Numbered from the stretch's first letter, positions 1-7,277 are shown. The stretch is 20,000 bases of DNA from an uncultured virus (IMG/VR IMGVR_UViG_3300009159_000038) (IMGVR_UViG_3300009159_000038:113958-133957), one strand, 5' to 3'. The notes: generated by a model not told the origin, from the letters alone. Numbers and translations are program-made.

Positions 1-204
1 GAGGAAAGACTTCAAGTTCTTAAATCGGATTTTGGAATTGAAGTAGAAACTCATAGTGCAAAAACCGGAAAGGATATTGAATCGCTCTTTAAGATGTTTA
101 CTGCTCGTGGAAATGAAGGTTTGGTAATGAAACTTAAGGGATCTAAATATCGAGCATCGCAAAGTGGAAATGAAATTGATAACAATTGGTCAAAAATCCG
201 TTAA
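1..204 (+). CDS. C-terminal end of an ATP-dependent ligase-family nucleotidyltransferase (5' end outside window)
   Basis: Frame 1 is open from base 1 to TAA at 202-204: EERLQVLK...ARGNEGLVMKLKGSKY...NNWSKIR*. EGLVMK and WxKx(K/R) match motifs IV and V of covalent nucleotidyltransferases (DNA/RNA ligases). Not in the ORF track because it is truncated. Confidence 0.7.
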   Translation, partial: EERLQVLKSDFGIEVETHSAKTGKDIESLFKMFTARGNEGLVMKLKGSKYRASQSGNEIDNNWSKIR

Positions 205-218
205 AAATCAAAGTACCG

Positions 219-232
219 AGATATATAATTAA
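219..232 (+). promoter_or_regulatory. Putative T4-like late promoter (GATATATAA)
   Basis: AGATATATAATTAA is identical to 14944-14957 upstream of the tail sheath gene and resembles the T4 late promoter TATAAATA. Confidence 0.5.
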
Positions 233-281
233 CAAACTTTTAAAATGTTTGTATTCTGTGAAACTGGATAACTTTCCATCA

Positions 282-306
282 TATAATATAAACAAACGTT
301 CTTTAA
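282..306 (+). promoter_or_regulatory. TATAAT element followed by a boxA-like antitermination sequence
   Basis: TATAAT at 282-287 and CGTTCTTTAA at 297-306 (rrn boxA TGCTCTTTA/GTTCTTT type), directly ahead of the structured RNAs. Confidence 0.4.
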
Positions 307-323
307 ATTAACACAAACTTTAA

Positions 324-383
324 CAAGTGGTAAGCGGTCGAGTTACTTCGTTATCAGAAAAACACTCACCCATCATTCCCTTG
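324..383 (+). ncRNA. Short Y-RNA-like element 1 (Ro-binding stem with bulged C)
   Basis: Ends pair: CAAG(324-327)/CTTG(380-383). Inner helix GGT-C-GAGT(336-343)/ACTC-ACC(364-370) leaves C339 bulged. Shares GAGTTAC(T/A)TCG...AAAAC with element 2 and lies upstream of the TROVE gene. Confidence 0.6.
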
Positions 384-392
384 ATAAGATAT

Positions 393-566
393 TTTGATAG
401 TAGTTATGCGTAGAGTTACATCGTAATCCAACTTCGCAAGAAGTTATTATACAATTAATTCTATAAATGAAAACCAAAGATTGCGGTTCTTAATTGATCC
501 ACTATCACACGAATTTAAGCTTAGGCTTTTATTCAAAACCATCTCTACCCGGGATTCTCTATCAAA
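393..566 (+). ncRNA. Long Y-RNA-like element 2 (closing stem plus three-hairpin domain)
   Basis: TTTGATAG(393-400)/CTATCAAA(559-566) and GTAGAG(410-415)/CTCTAC(543-548) close the molecule. Internal arms are AACTTC-GCAA-GAAGTT(430-445), CAATTAA..AACC/GGTT..TTAATTG(452-496) and GAAT..AAGC-TTAG-GCTT..ATTC(511-534). GAGTTACATCG lies at 413-423. Confidence 0.65.
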
Positions 567-575
567 CATTTTTAC

Positions 576-607
576 AAGGGATTTGCTTTCGAGCGAATCC
601 CTTTTTT
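576..607 (+). terminator. Intrinsic terminator after the ncRNA pair
   Basis: AAGGGATTTGCT-TTCG-AGCGAATCCCTT (12-bp stem, UUCG loop) followed by a T run. Confidence 0.85.
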
Positions 608-637
608 ATTGAATTGAAATTAATATAAAATCGATAT

Positions 638-2227
638 ATGGCACGTTACAATCAAAAACCGACAAATACAGTAGAAACTGTAACTAACCACCAAGGTGGA
701 GTATCTGTAAAATTAGATCCTAAAATAGAGCTGGTAAGCATTCTAGCTAATGGATTCGATAATACCTATTACGAGAAATTGAGTGATCGAGAAATTCGAT
801 TTGCAGACTTAATTCAAGAAATCGCAAAGACCGATTTGGAATTCGTTGCAAAAGCTCTTGTATATACTCGTTCAGTAATGGGTCAACGATCAGTAACACA
901 TTTTGGATCCGTTGCTTTAGCATCCGAACTTTCAGGAAGTGAAATCGCAAAAAGATTTTTCTCTAAACGAGATCGTAAAGAAAATCAAGGTGGTATTGTA
1001 TATCGCATTGATGATATGCTCGAAATTATGGCTTGCTATCAAGCTCTTAATCCCGGTAAACCAATGCCTAACTCAATGAAAAAAGGTTTTCGAGATACTC
1101 TTGAATCATCCGATGCTTATGAGCTAGCTAAATATCAAGGTAAAGGAAGAACGGTTTCATTGGTTGACTTAATAAACCTAGTTCATCCAAAACCGAATAT
1201 CAAAATGCAACCCATCTTTAAATCATTGATGGAAGGAACTCTTAAACAATTCAATACCGTTGAAGATAAGAATACCTCATCTGGTCAAGAAGTTGCAAAG
1301 AAAGTGAAAGAAGGAACCATCACTAAAGATGAAGCGGTGATCGAGCTAAAGGTTGCAAAGGAATCGAATTATCGTGAGCTAATCACAACGAAGAAAATTG
1401 GTTATCTTGCTCTTTTAAGAAATGTTCGCAATATTCTCTCGAATTCAACCGAAGCAGATTTAATCGATTCAGTTTGTGAAATGTTAACTAACAAAGGTGC
1501 AATTCACAAATCTCTAGTATTTCCATATCAAATCGATTTAGCAATGGAAATGATTATGGAAACCGGATCTTCTACTAGTCGCAATCGAGTTATTAAAGCT
1601 CTTAATGATGCATATGAGCTATCAATTCCTAATATGGCTGAATTGGGAATGAGTGGTAGAACTGCAGTTGTACTTGATACATCTGGTTCTATGAATTCTC
1701 AAATTCGTTTAGCAAATAAAGCACACGGTTCTCAATCAGCACTTGATAAAGGCGGTTTAATCGCTGCAACTTTTGCTAAAGGTTTAAATGCCGATGTTTA
1801 TGAATTCTCTAATACTTGTAAACGAGTAAATGTGAATCCATTAGATACCTCCAATACCATCAAAGAAAAGATTATTCGTCAAGGATCTCATGGTGGAACT
1901 GAATTTAATTCAATCTTCTCAACCCTAGAAAAAAATGGTGCATATGATCGAGTATTCATTATTTCCGATATGCAAGGAAGAGATGATATTATTAATGGTA
2001 ATCAATGGTCATCCAAAGGAAAAAGTACATACTCAAATTACATATCTAAATTTGGTTCACCACATGTTTATACAATTGATCTTTGTAGTTATGGAACTAC
2101 CATGTTCAAACCAAATAACAAAGTTTATCAGCTATTTGGATATTCATCAGAAATGTATGAGTTAGCTAAACGAATGGAAATTGATCCTAAAGCTCTTATC
2201 AAAGCGATTGAAGCTATTGTAATCTAA
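638..2227 (+). CDS. rsr: Ro60/Rsr-like TROVE domain RNA-binding protein with C-terminal vWA domain
   Basis: 529 aa. N-terminal NHQGG, helical TROVE region (YELAKY, DLINLVHPKP, YLALLRNVRNI), and vWA MIDAS motifs DTSGSM, GGT and ISDMQ. Confidence 0.92.
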   Translation: MARYNQKPTNTVETVTNHQGGVSVKLDPKIELVSILANGFDNTYYEKLSDREIRFADLIQEIAKTDLEFVAKALVYTRSVMGQRSVTHFGSVALASELSGSEIAKRFFSKRDRKENQGGIVYRIDDMLEIMACYQALNPGKPMPNSMKKGFRDTLESSDAYELAKYQGKGRTVSLVDLINLVHPKPNIKMQPIFKSLMEGTLKQFNTVEDKNTSSGQEVAKKVKEGTITKDEAVIELKVAKESNYRELITTKKIGYLALLRNVRNILSNSTEADLIDSVCEMLTNKGAIHKSLVFPYQIDLAMEMIMETGSSTSRNRVIKALNDAYELSIPNMAELGMSGRTAVVLDTSGSMNSQIRLANKAHGSQSALDKGGLIAATFAKGLNADVYEFSNTCKRVNVNPLDTSNTIKEKIIRQGSHGGTEFNSIFSTLEKNGAYDRVFIISDMQGRDDIINGNQWSSKGKSTYSNYISKFGSPHVYTIDLCSYGTTMFKPNNKVYQLFGYSSEMYELAKRMEIDPKALIKAIEAIVI

Positions 2228-2241
2228 TTTAATAACCTCAC

Positions 2242-2275
2242 AAAAGCTCGGATTCGCAAGTTTCCGAGCTTTTTT
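2242..2275 (+). terminator. Intrinsic terminator after TROVE gene
   Basis: AAAAGCTCGGA...TCCGAGCTTTT stem with T tract. Confidence 0.8.
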
Positions 2276-2287
2276 AATTTGTACTCC

Positions 2288-2719
2288 ATGAAAAAAGAAA
2301 TATACATACAAAATCGCAAAGCAAAATTTGATTATCATTTTATAGAACAATATGAAGCCGGTATTGTATTATTTGGTACCGAAGTAAAGAGTATCAAAGC
2401 GGCTAAAGTGTCTTTAGTAGATTCATATTGTTTCTTTGATAAAGGTGAGTTATTTGTCAAATCAATGAATATAACTCCGGTTGACAAATCTTTCGTTCAT
2501 GAACCAATGAGAATACGAAAACTTCTTCTACACAAAAAGGAACTTCGTAAATTAGAAAAGGGACTTAATGATGGAATTACTATTATAGTAACTGCACTCA
2601 AATCCGTGAATGGAAAAATCAAATGTGGTATTGCATTAGCCAAAGGTAAGAAAGAATACGACAAACGAGAAACTATTAAGCAGAGAGAATCTGATCGATA
2701 TGTTCGAGAAGAATGTTAA
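2288..2719 (+). CDS. smpB: SsrA(tmRNA)-binding protein SmpB
   Basis: NRKAKFDY, EAGIVLFGTEVKSIK, RIRKLLLHKKE and AKGKKEYDKRETIK are the SmpB signature motifs. ATG 2288 is preferred over TTG 2279. Confidence 0.95.
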   Translation: MKKEIYIQNRKAKFDYHFIEQYEAGIVLFGTEVKSIKAAKVSLVDSYCFFDKGELFVKSMNITPVDKSFVHEPMRIRKLLLHKKELRKLEKGLNDGITIIVTALKSVNGKIKCGIALAKGKKEYDKRETIKQRESDRYVREEC

Positions 2720-2753
2720 TAAAGATGTTAATAAGTTTTGAATCTTTTCCTCA

Positions 2754-2790
2754 AATAAATTTTTTTATTCCACAAAAAAGTATTATATTT
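2754..2790 (+). promoter_or_regulatory. Repeated early-type promoter, copy 1
   Basis: AATAAATTTTTTTATTCCACAAA-N4-TATTATATTT, also present at 5078-5114. Confidence 0.65.
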
Positions 2791-2817
2791 ATACTATAAT
2801 TAATAATACAAATAACC

Positions 2818-3129
2818 ATGGAAAAACATAATCTTCTATTAACCGATTTAGAAACACGAGTTCTTGAAAATCTAATCGACAATCTTTATGCAGAACCCGG
2901 GTTTTCCGATGTAGACGCAAAAGATATTTCTCGTTCAACTGGAATTCCAACGAAATCCATTCGAGGTGTACTTTCATCACTCGTTAAAAAAGGAATCGTT
3001 CATCTAGAAGAAACCGATACATACGGTGCTTCTGAACAATTCGTTCTCATTTATTTAATGGATTCACATTACTATCTCCATCCACAATGGAAGGAAGAAT
3101 ACGATTCACAAAGATATGGTCAAATATAA
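2818..3129 (+). CDS. Winged helix-turn-helix DNA-binding protein
   Basis: 103 aa. The segment DAKDISRSTGIPTKSIRGVLSSLVKKGIV has the MarR/TrmB-type wHTH pattern. Confidence 0.7.
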   Translation: MEKHNLLLTDLETRVLENLIDNLYAEPGFSDVDAKDISRSTGIPTKSIRGVLSSLVKKGIVHLEETDTYGASEQFVLIYLMDSHYYLHPQWKEEYDSQRYGQI

Positions 3130-3141
3130 AAACAAAACATT

Positions 3142-3876
3142 ATGCCAAAATTATTTAAAGTAGGAGGTTGTGTAAGAGATTCCTTTCTAGGAATTGATTC
3201 AAAAGATATCGACTTTACATTTGTTCTCGATAACCTTGAACAAACCGTCGAACATGGTTTTGCCGATATGGCAAAATGGATGAAAGATAAAGGATTTGTA
3301 ATATTTCTATCAACTCCAGAAATGTTTACTATTCGAGCTAAATTTCCGAAAGGAGATACAAACGAAGGTTTAGTCGCTGACTTCGTAATGGCTAGAAAAG
3401 AAATTGGTTATGTTGAAGGAACTAGACGTCCAATACTTGCATTAGGTACTTTGGAGGATGATCTTTTACGAAGAGATTTTACTCTTAATGCAATGGCTGT
3501 TGCAGAAGACGGAACGCTAATCGATCTATTCAACGGTAAAGAAGATCTTGAAAATGGTTTACTTAGAACTCCTCTTCCGGCTTCACAAACGATGATGGAT
3601 GATCCATTAAGGTTCCTAAGAGCTTTAAGATTTTCCATCACTAAAGATTTTCAAATACATCCTTCTATATTTGTTGCTATGATGCAACCGGATATATTAG
3701 AAAAACTTAAACATGTAGTTTCTGCTGAAAGAATAAGAGATGAAGTTTACAAAATGATGAAAGCCGATACCATAAAAACTCTCGAGCTATTTGCAGTTGT
3801 AGAAGCCACTATACCTGGATTTATTGAATTAGTATTTAGTCGAGGTCTATGGTTAAAACCAACATTCGAATTATAA
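3142..3876 (+). CDS. Class II tRNA nucleotidyltransferase (CCA-adding / poly(A) polymerase family), short form
   Basis: VGGCVRD..LG...DIDF, DDLLRRDFTLNAMA, DDPLRFLRALRF and VSAERI motifs. 244 aa with no HD domain. Confidence 0.9.
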   Translation: MPKLFKVGGCVRDSFLGIDSKDIDFTFVLDNLEQTVEHGFADMAKWMKDKGFVIFLSTPEMFTIRAKFPKGDTNEGLVADFVMARKEIGYVEGTRRPILALGTLEDDLLRRDFTLNAMAVAEDGTLIDLFNGKEDLENGLLRTPLPASQTMMDDPLRFLRALRFSITKDFQIHPSIFVAMMQPDILEKLKHVVSAERIRDEVYKMMKADTIKTLELFAVVEATIPGFIELVFSRGLWLKPTFEL

Positions 3877-3917
3877 TGGCAATTCCATCATAAAATAATA
3901 AAATTAAAACAAAACAA

Positions 3918-4361
3918 ATGGCGCAAGCACAAAAGAAAAAACCGGTAAGCAAAACAAAAGAGCTAACGGATATAGAAATTGCAAAGAAGATGATTAATAT
4001 ACATCAAAGTGCAATGGATCGTAAAATCGAATTTAACCTATCATTTGAATATGTTAAACGTATGTTAGGATTCAAAACCTGTTATTATACAGGAGTAACA
4101 TTTACTGAAGATGGACCTAATGCAAGATCATTCGATCGAATAGATTCCGATAAAGGTTATATTGAAGGTAACGTAGTTGCATGCACGATCGATATCAATG
4201 GAAAGAAAAGTAATTTAACCATTGATGAAATCGCTTGTCTTTACAACAAATTAGTAAAGACTAAAAAGGAACCAATCCATAAAGCATTTGATGAAGATCA
4301 TGCAACGGATATGGTTCTAAATTCGATGGTTGTTGATATCGCTGAAAATCTAAATTGTTAA
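3918..4361 (+). CDS. T4 Srd-like / HNH-fold protein
   Basis: IEFNLSFEY...CYYTG...SFDRIDSDKGYIEGNVV...N pattern, typical of phage Srd-like and HNH-related proteins. Confidence 0.6.
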   Translation: MAQAQKKKPVSKTKELTDIEIAKKMINIHQSAMDRKIEFNLSFEYVKRMLGFKTCYYTGVTFTEDGPNARSFDRIDSDKGYIEGNVVACTIDINGKKSNLTIDEIACLYNKLVKTKKEPIHKAFDEDHATDMVLNSMVVDIAENLNC

Positions 4362-4376
4362 TAATTAACATAAACT

Positions 4377-4706
4377 ATGAAAAAATCAATTATGATGGTA
4401 TTATTAGTAAGTAGCTTACTAAGTTTTACAAAAGTAAACGCACAATCTTTCAACAAAGAAACAAACTATAAATTGCAATTCAGTCCAACCATGATTGGAG
4501 CAATTGCTGGTGGAGGTTTTATCGTGGCAGGAATATTACAGAAACCTGATCGTAAATGGGTGATAGATCAAAACAGTTATAATGCAACCGCTTATGGACA
4601 ACCAGGTTATTGGCGAAATGAGCACATTTGGGAATCGCCGGGACGTATGGCTGCAATAATTTCTGGAGTAGCAATAATGGGTTTATCTATAACATTTAGT
4701 TTTTAA
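4377..4706 (+). CDS. Small exported/membrane protein
   Basis: Signal peptide ending VNA-Q, followed by two further hydrophobic segments. Confidence 0.65.
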   Translation: MKKSIMMVLLVSSLLSFTKVNAQSFNKETNYKLQFSPTMIGAIAGGGFIVAGILQKPDRKWVIDQNSYNATAYGQPGYWRNEHIWESPGRMAAIISGVAIMGLSITFSF

Positions 4707-4716
4707 ACTTACAAAA

Positions 4717-5043
4717 ATGAAACTATTATCAACATTTATCCTATTAACCAGTATTTGCGTATCATGTAATTCTGACTATCCATATATCATTAAAGAAACC
4801 AGAACAACCGATACAATACAATATCCGGTTGTTGAGTATACTAACAATATATCTTTTAAAGAAGATACTGCATTTTATGGGATTATAAAGGATTGTCAAT
4901 TTAATTGTTATGTTATGGATATTTATAAGGAAAATGATTCGGTTACTGCATATGTAACAGAATGTGGTCTTTATTTTTATTCGGATATCCCATATAGCAT
5001 AGGAGATTCACTTTTTAAGTTTTCGTCACCTAAACATAATTAA
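4717..5043 (+). CDS. Putative lipoprotein
   Basis: MKLLSTFILLTSICVSC: basic N-terminus, hydrophobic core and lipobox-like Cys17. Confidence 0.55.
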   Translation: MKLLSTFILLTSICVSCNSDYPYIIKETRTTDTIQYPVVEYTNNISFKEDTAFYGIIKDCQFNCYVMDIYKENDSVTAYVTECGLYFYSDIPYSIGDSLFKFSSPKHN

Positions 5044-5077
5044 TCCATTATCTTTAAATTGTTAATAACTTTTTGTC

Positions 5078-5115
5078 AATAAATTTTTTTATTCCACAAA
5101 GATTTATTATATTTG
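5078..5115 (+). promoter_or_regulatory. Repeated early-type promoter, copy 2, with Bacteroidota -7 element
   Basis: 23-bp exact repeat of 2754-2776. TATATTTG at 5108-5115 matches the Bacteroidota sigma-A -7 consensus TAnnTTTG. Confidence 0.7.
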
Positions 5116-5142
5116 TATATACAATTTAAACTATTTAAAATT

Positions 5143-5484
5143 ATGTACAAACACGAAGAAAACCAATTAGATCCAAGAGATAAAGCTTTAGTTACTTACT
5201 CTCCCACTACAAAAAGATTTATTGTAGAAGCATCCTCTCTTAAAGGTTCTGGAATCGAACCACAATATCATCCAGGTGTTCTTGGATCTTATTATTATTT
5301 ATGGTTATGGTCAGAAAAACTACAAACGAGTATTCTTTACAAAGAAAAAAATGTAGTAAAATCATCTGATGGTGAAATTATTGCAAATGTTTTTATTCCG
5401 GATTTTACTATGATTACTACGGATAAAGAACTAAAAGCTAGATCATTATCAAAAGAAACGGAATTACACATCTTAAACGATTAA
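5143..5484 (+). CDS. Hypothetical protein
   Basis: Open frame. ATG 5143 is preferred because TTG 5113 lies within the promoter element. Confidence 0.65.
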   Translation: MYKHEENQLDPRDKALVTYSPTTKRFIVEASSLKGSGIEPQYHPGVLGSYYYLWLWSEKLQTSILYKEKNVVKSSDGEIIANVFIPDFTMITTDKELKARSLSKETELHILND

Positions 5485-5494
5485 TAATCTACAT

Positions 5495-5686
5495 ATGCAA
5501 AAACAAGTAATATACCTGCAAATAAGCAAATATCGTCGTTTGTATAACGATAATGTTCGAAAATCTCTAGAAAGAATTGGAATCAAATATTCAGAAGTAT
5601 CTACAAAATTCGGTTATCGATTAATGGTCAACGAATCAGATTTTTCGGCTGCATCTAGAGCAATATTAAGCATTCCACTTAGATAA
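5495..5686 (+). CDS. Hypothetical small basic protein
   Basis: 63 aa ORF that fills the gap in a tightly packed operon. Confidence 0.6.
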   Translation: MQKQVIYLQISKYRRLYNDNVRKSLERIGIKYSEVSTKFGYRLMVNESDFSAASRAILSIPLR

Positions 5687-5720
5687 AAACATCATATAAA
5701 AATAATAAAACATTTATAAA

Positions 5721-6992
5721 ATGGTTGGTAAATACACTCTTATATTCGATGCAAATTTCTGGTTACACAAAACCTATTTCATCGGTCAAAAAATTAAACA
5801 AGGAAAACCTTTTAATTTCTTTGACGAACCCGAAGCCGATAAGAATTTGCTTCTTTGGAAACTTTCAGTAGACTTCGCTGCCGAAGTAAAACGTTTCGAC
5901 GGAATCGTTAATCGTGTGGTTTACTGCATCGATTCATCTTCATGGCGTAAGGAATTCTTTCCACAAGCCGAATACAAAGGAACTCGTAAAAAATCTAGCG
6001 AAATCAATTGGAATGCAATCTATCAAGTACATGATGAATTTGCTAAAGCTCTTGAATCTCTTGGTGTTACAATTTCTCGAGTACCTGGTGCTGAAGCCGA
6101 CGATTTAATTTTCGCATGGTCAGCATTCCTTAATCAAAATGGTCAAAATGCCCTTATTATCTCTGGTGATAATGATTTACTTCAATTAACTAATCATGAT
6201 ACATCTGCTGGTACAAACACTATTTACTACAACAAATTCGATAAAGATATTCACGTCTTCCGAGGATTCGAAAAATGGTTAAATGAAGATGCTACTCAAT
6301 CTGCACCAACGGATATTTTCAATCTTCCAGTAGATCTAATGTCTAATGTAAAACTGAATCTTCGAGATATCGTTCGTACTAATAAAATGAAAATCGATGA
6401 AGTAAATACTCTTGAATTCGTTTTCAAAAAAGTACTTATTGGTGATGCCGGCGATAATGTTTCGCCATTAGATACCAAGATTAAAGAAACTAAAAAAGGA
6501 CCTATTACTTATCGAGTTACCGATAATCATGCTCGTCAAGTTCTAGATGAATTCAAAAGCGATAAAGTATTTGTTAATCAATCTCACTTTTTTCAAGATG
6601 AATTCATCGAGGAAATCTGTACAATTGCTAAAAGAATAATCAAAATCGATAAACCTATCGAAGATATTATTACCAAATGGAAACAAAACCGAGATCTAGT
6701 ATTCTTACATAAGCGTTGTATCCCGGAAAGAGTAAACGGTCTTATGTTCGAAAATATCGAAACTAAATGGAACAAATCACTTTCAGGTGCTTCAGTTCAT
6801 GGTATTCAAGATAAAGATGCTATTCTTCGAGGAACTACATATTCAAAAGAAAAAACAGATTCATTTAACGAATCAGGAGTTTTCAAAGCAATGAAAATTG
6901 AAGATATTATAAAAGGAAATCATGAAGTAACGGTAACTAAAACTCCGGCTGAAGGATTCAATGATGATTTTTGGTCAAATCTAACTAAATAA
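5721..6992 (+). CDS. rnh: 5'-3' exonuclease / T4 RNase H-like flap endonuclease
   Basis: FEN/PIN acidic motifs: IFDAN, DSSSWRK...YKGTRK, EADDLI, SGDNDLLQL and GDAGDNV. Confidence 0.85.
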   Translation: MVGKYTLIFDANFWLHKTYFIGQKIKQGKPFNFFDEPEADKNLLLWKLSVDFAAEVKRFDGIVNRVVYCIDSSSWRKEFFPQAEYKGTRKKSSEINWNAIYQVHDEFAKALESLGVTISRVPGAEADDLIFAWSAFLNQNGQNALIISGDNDLLQLTNHDTSAGTNTIYYNKFDKDIHVFRGFEKWLNEDATQSAPTDIFNLPVDLMSNVKLNLRDIVRTNKMKIDEVNTLEFVFKKVLIGDAGDNVSPLDTKIKETKKGPITYRVTDNHARQVLDEFKSDKVFVNQSHFFQDEFIEEICTIAKRIIKIDKPIEDIITKWKQNRDLVFLHKRCIPERVNGLMFENIETKWNKSLSGASVHGIQDKDAILRGTTYSKEKTDSFNESGVFKAMKIEDIIKGNHEVTVTKTPAEGFNDDFWSNLTK

Positions 6993-6993
6993 T

Positions 6994-7263
6994 ATGAAAC
7001 CTAAATTAAAAGAATTTACTACATTATTCGTAATACAAGTTATCTCATATTCTCTATTATGTATAAACTTTAGAGCCGTTGCTCAAGCGCATTACATGCA
7101 ATCAGCAATTACTGACTTTGTAATTGCGACTCTTTCGTTTTTTGTAATTCGTAAAATTGCTAAAAGTGAAGATACCTTTCATGGATGGGCAGGTTATGCT
7201 TTTGGAGGAGTAGTCGGTTCTTTCCTAGGAATATGGCTTTCTAAAATACTATTAGGATCATAA
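6994..7263 (+). CDS. Small integral membrane protein (about 3 TM segments)
   Basis: 89 aa, hydrophobic, with a Gly-rich C-terminal helix (YAFGGVVGSFLGIWL). Confidence 0.65.
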   Translation: MKPKLKEFTTLFVIQVISYSLLCINFRAVAQAHYMQSAITDFVIATLSFFVIRKIAKSEDTFHGWAGYAFGGVVGSFLGIWLSKILLGS

Positions 7264-7277
7264 AATAAAAAAAATAT

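Noticed and set aside
245..271. 8-codon ORF MFVFCETG after the late-type motif
   Set aside because: Too short to support, and it overlaps the probable promoter region of the ncRNAs.
326..423. Two similar ~25-nt sequences as a mini CRISPR array
   Set aside because: Only two degenerate copies, each pairing with its own downstream partner, and no cas genes in the window.
484..504. GGTTC...GATCCACTA as a tRNA T-arm or tmRNA 3' end
   Set aside because: It lacks the 5-bp stem with a TTCRANT loop, an acceptor stem and a CCA end. The bases fit better in the 452-496 arm.
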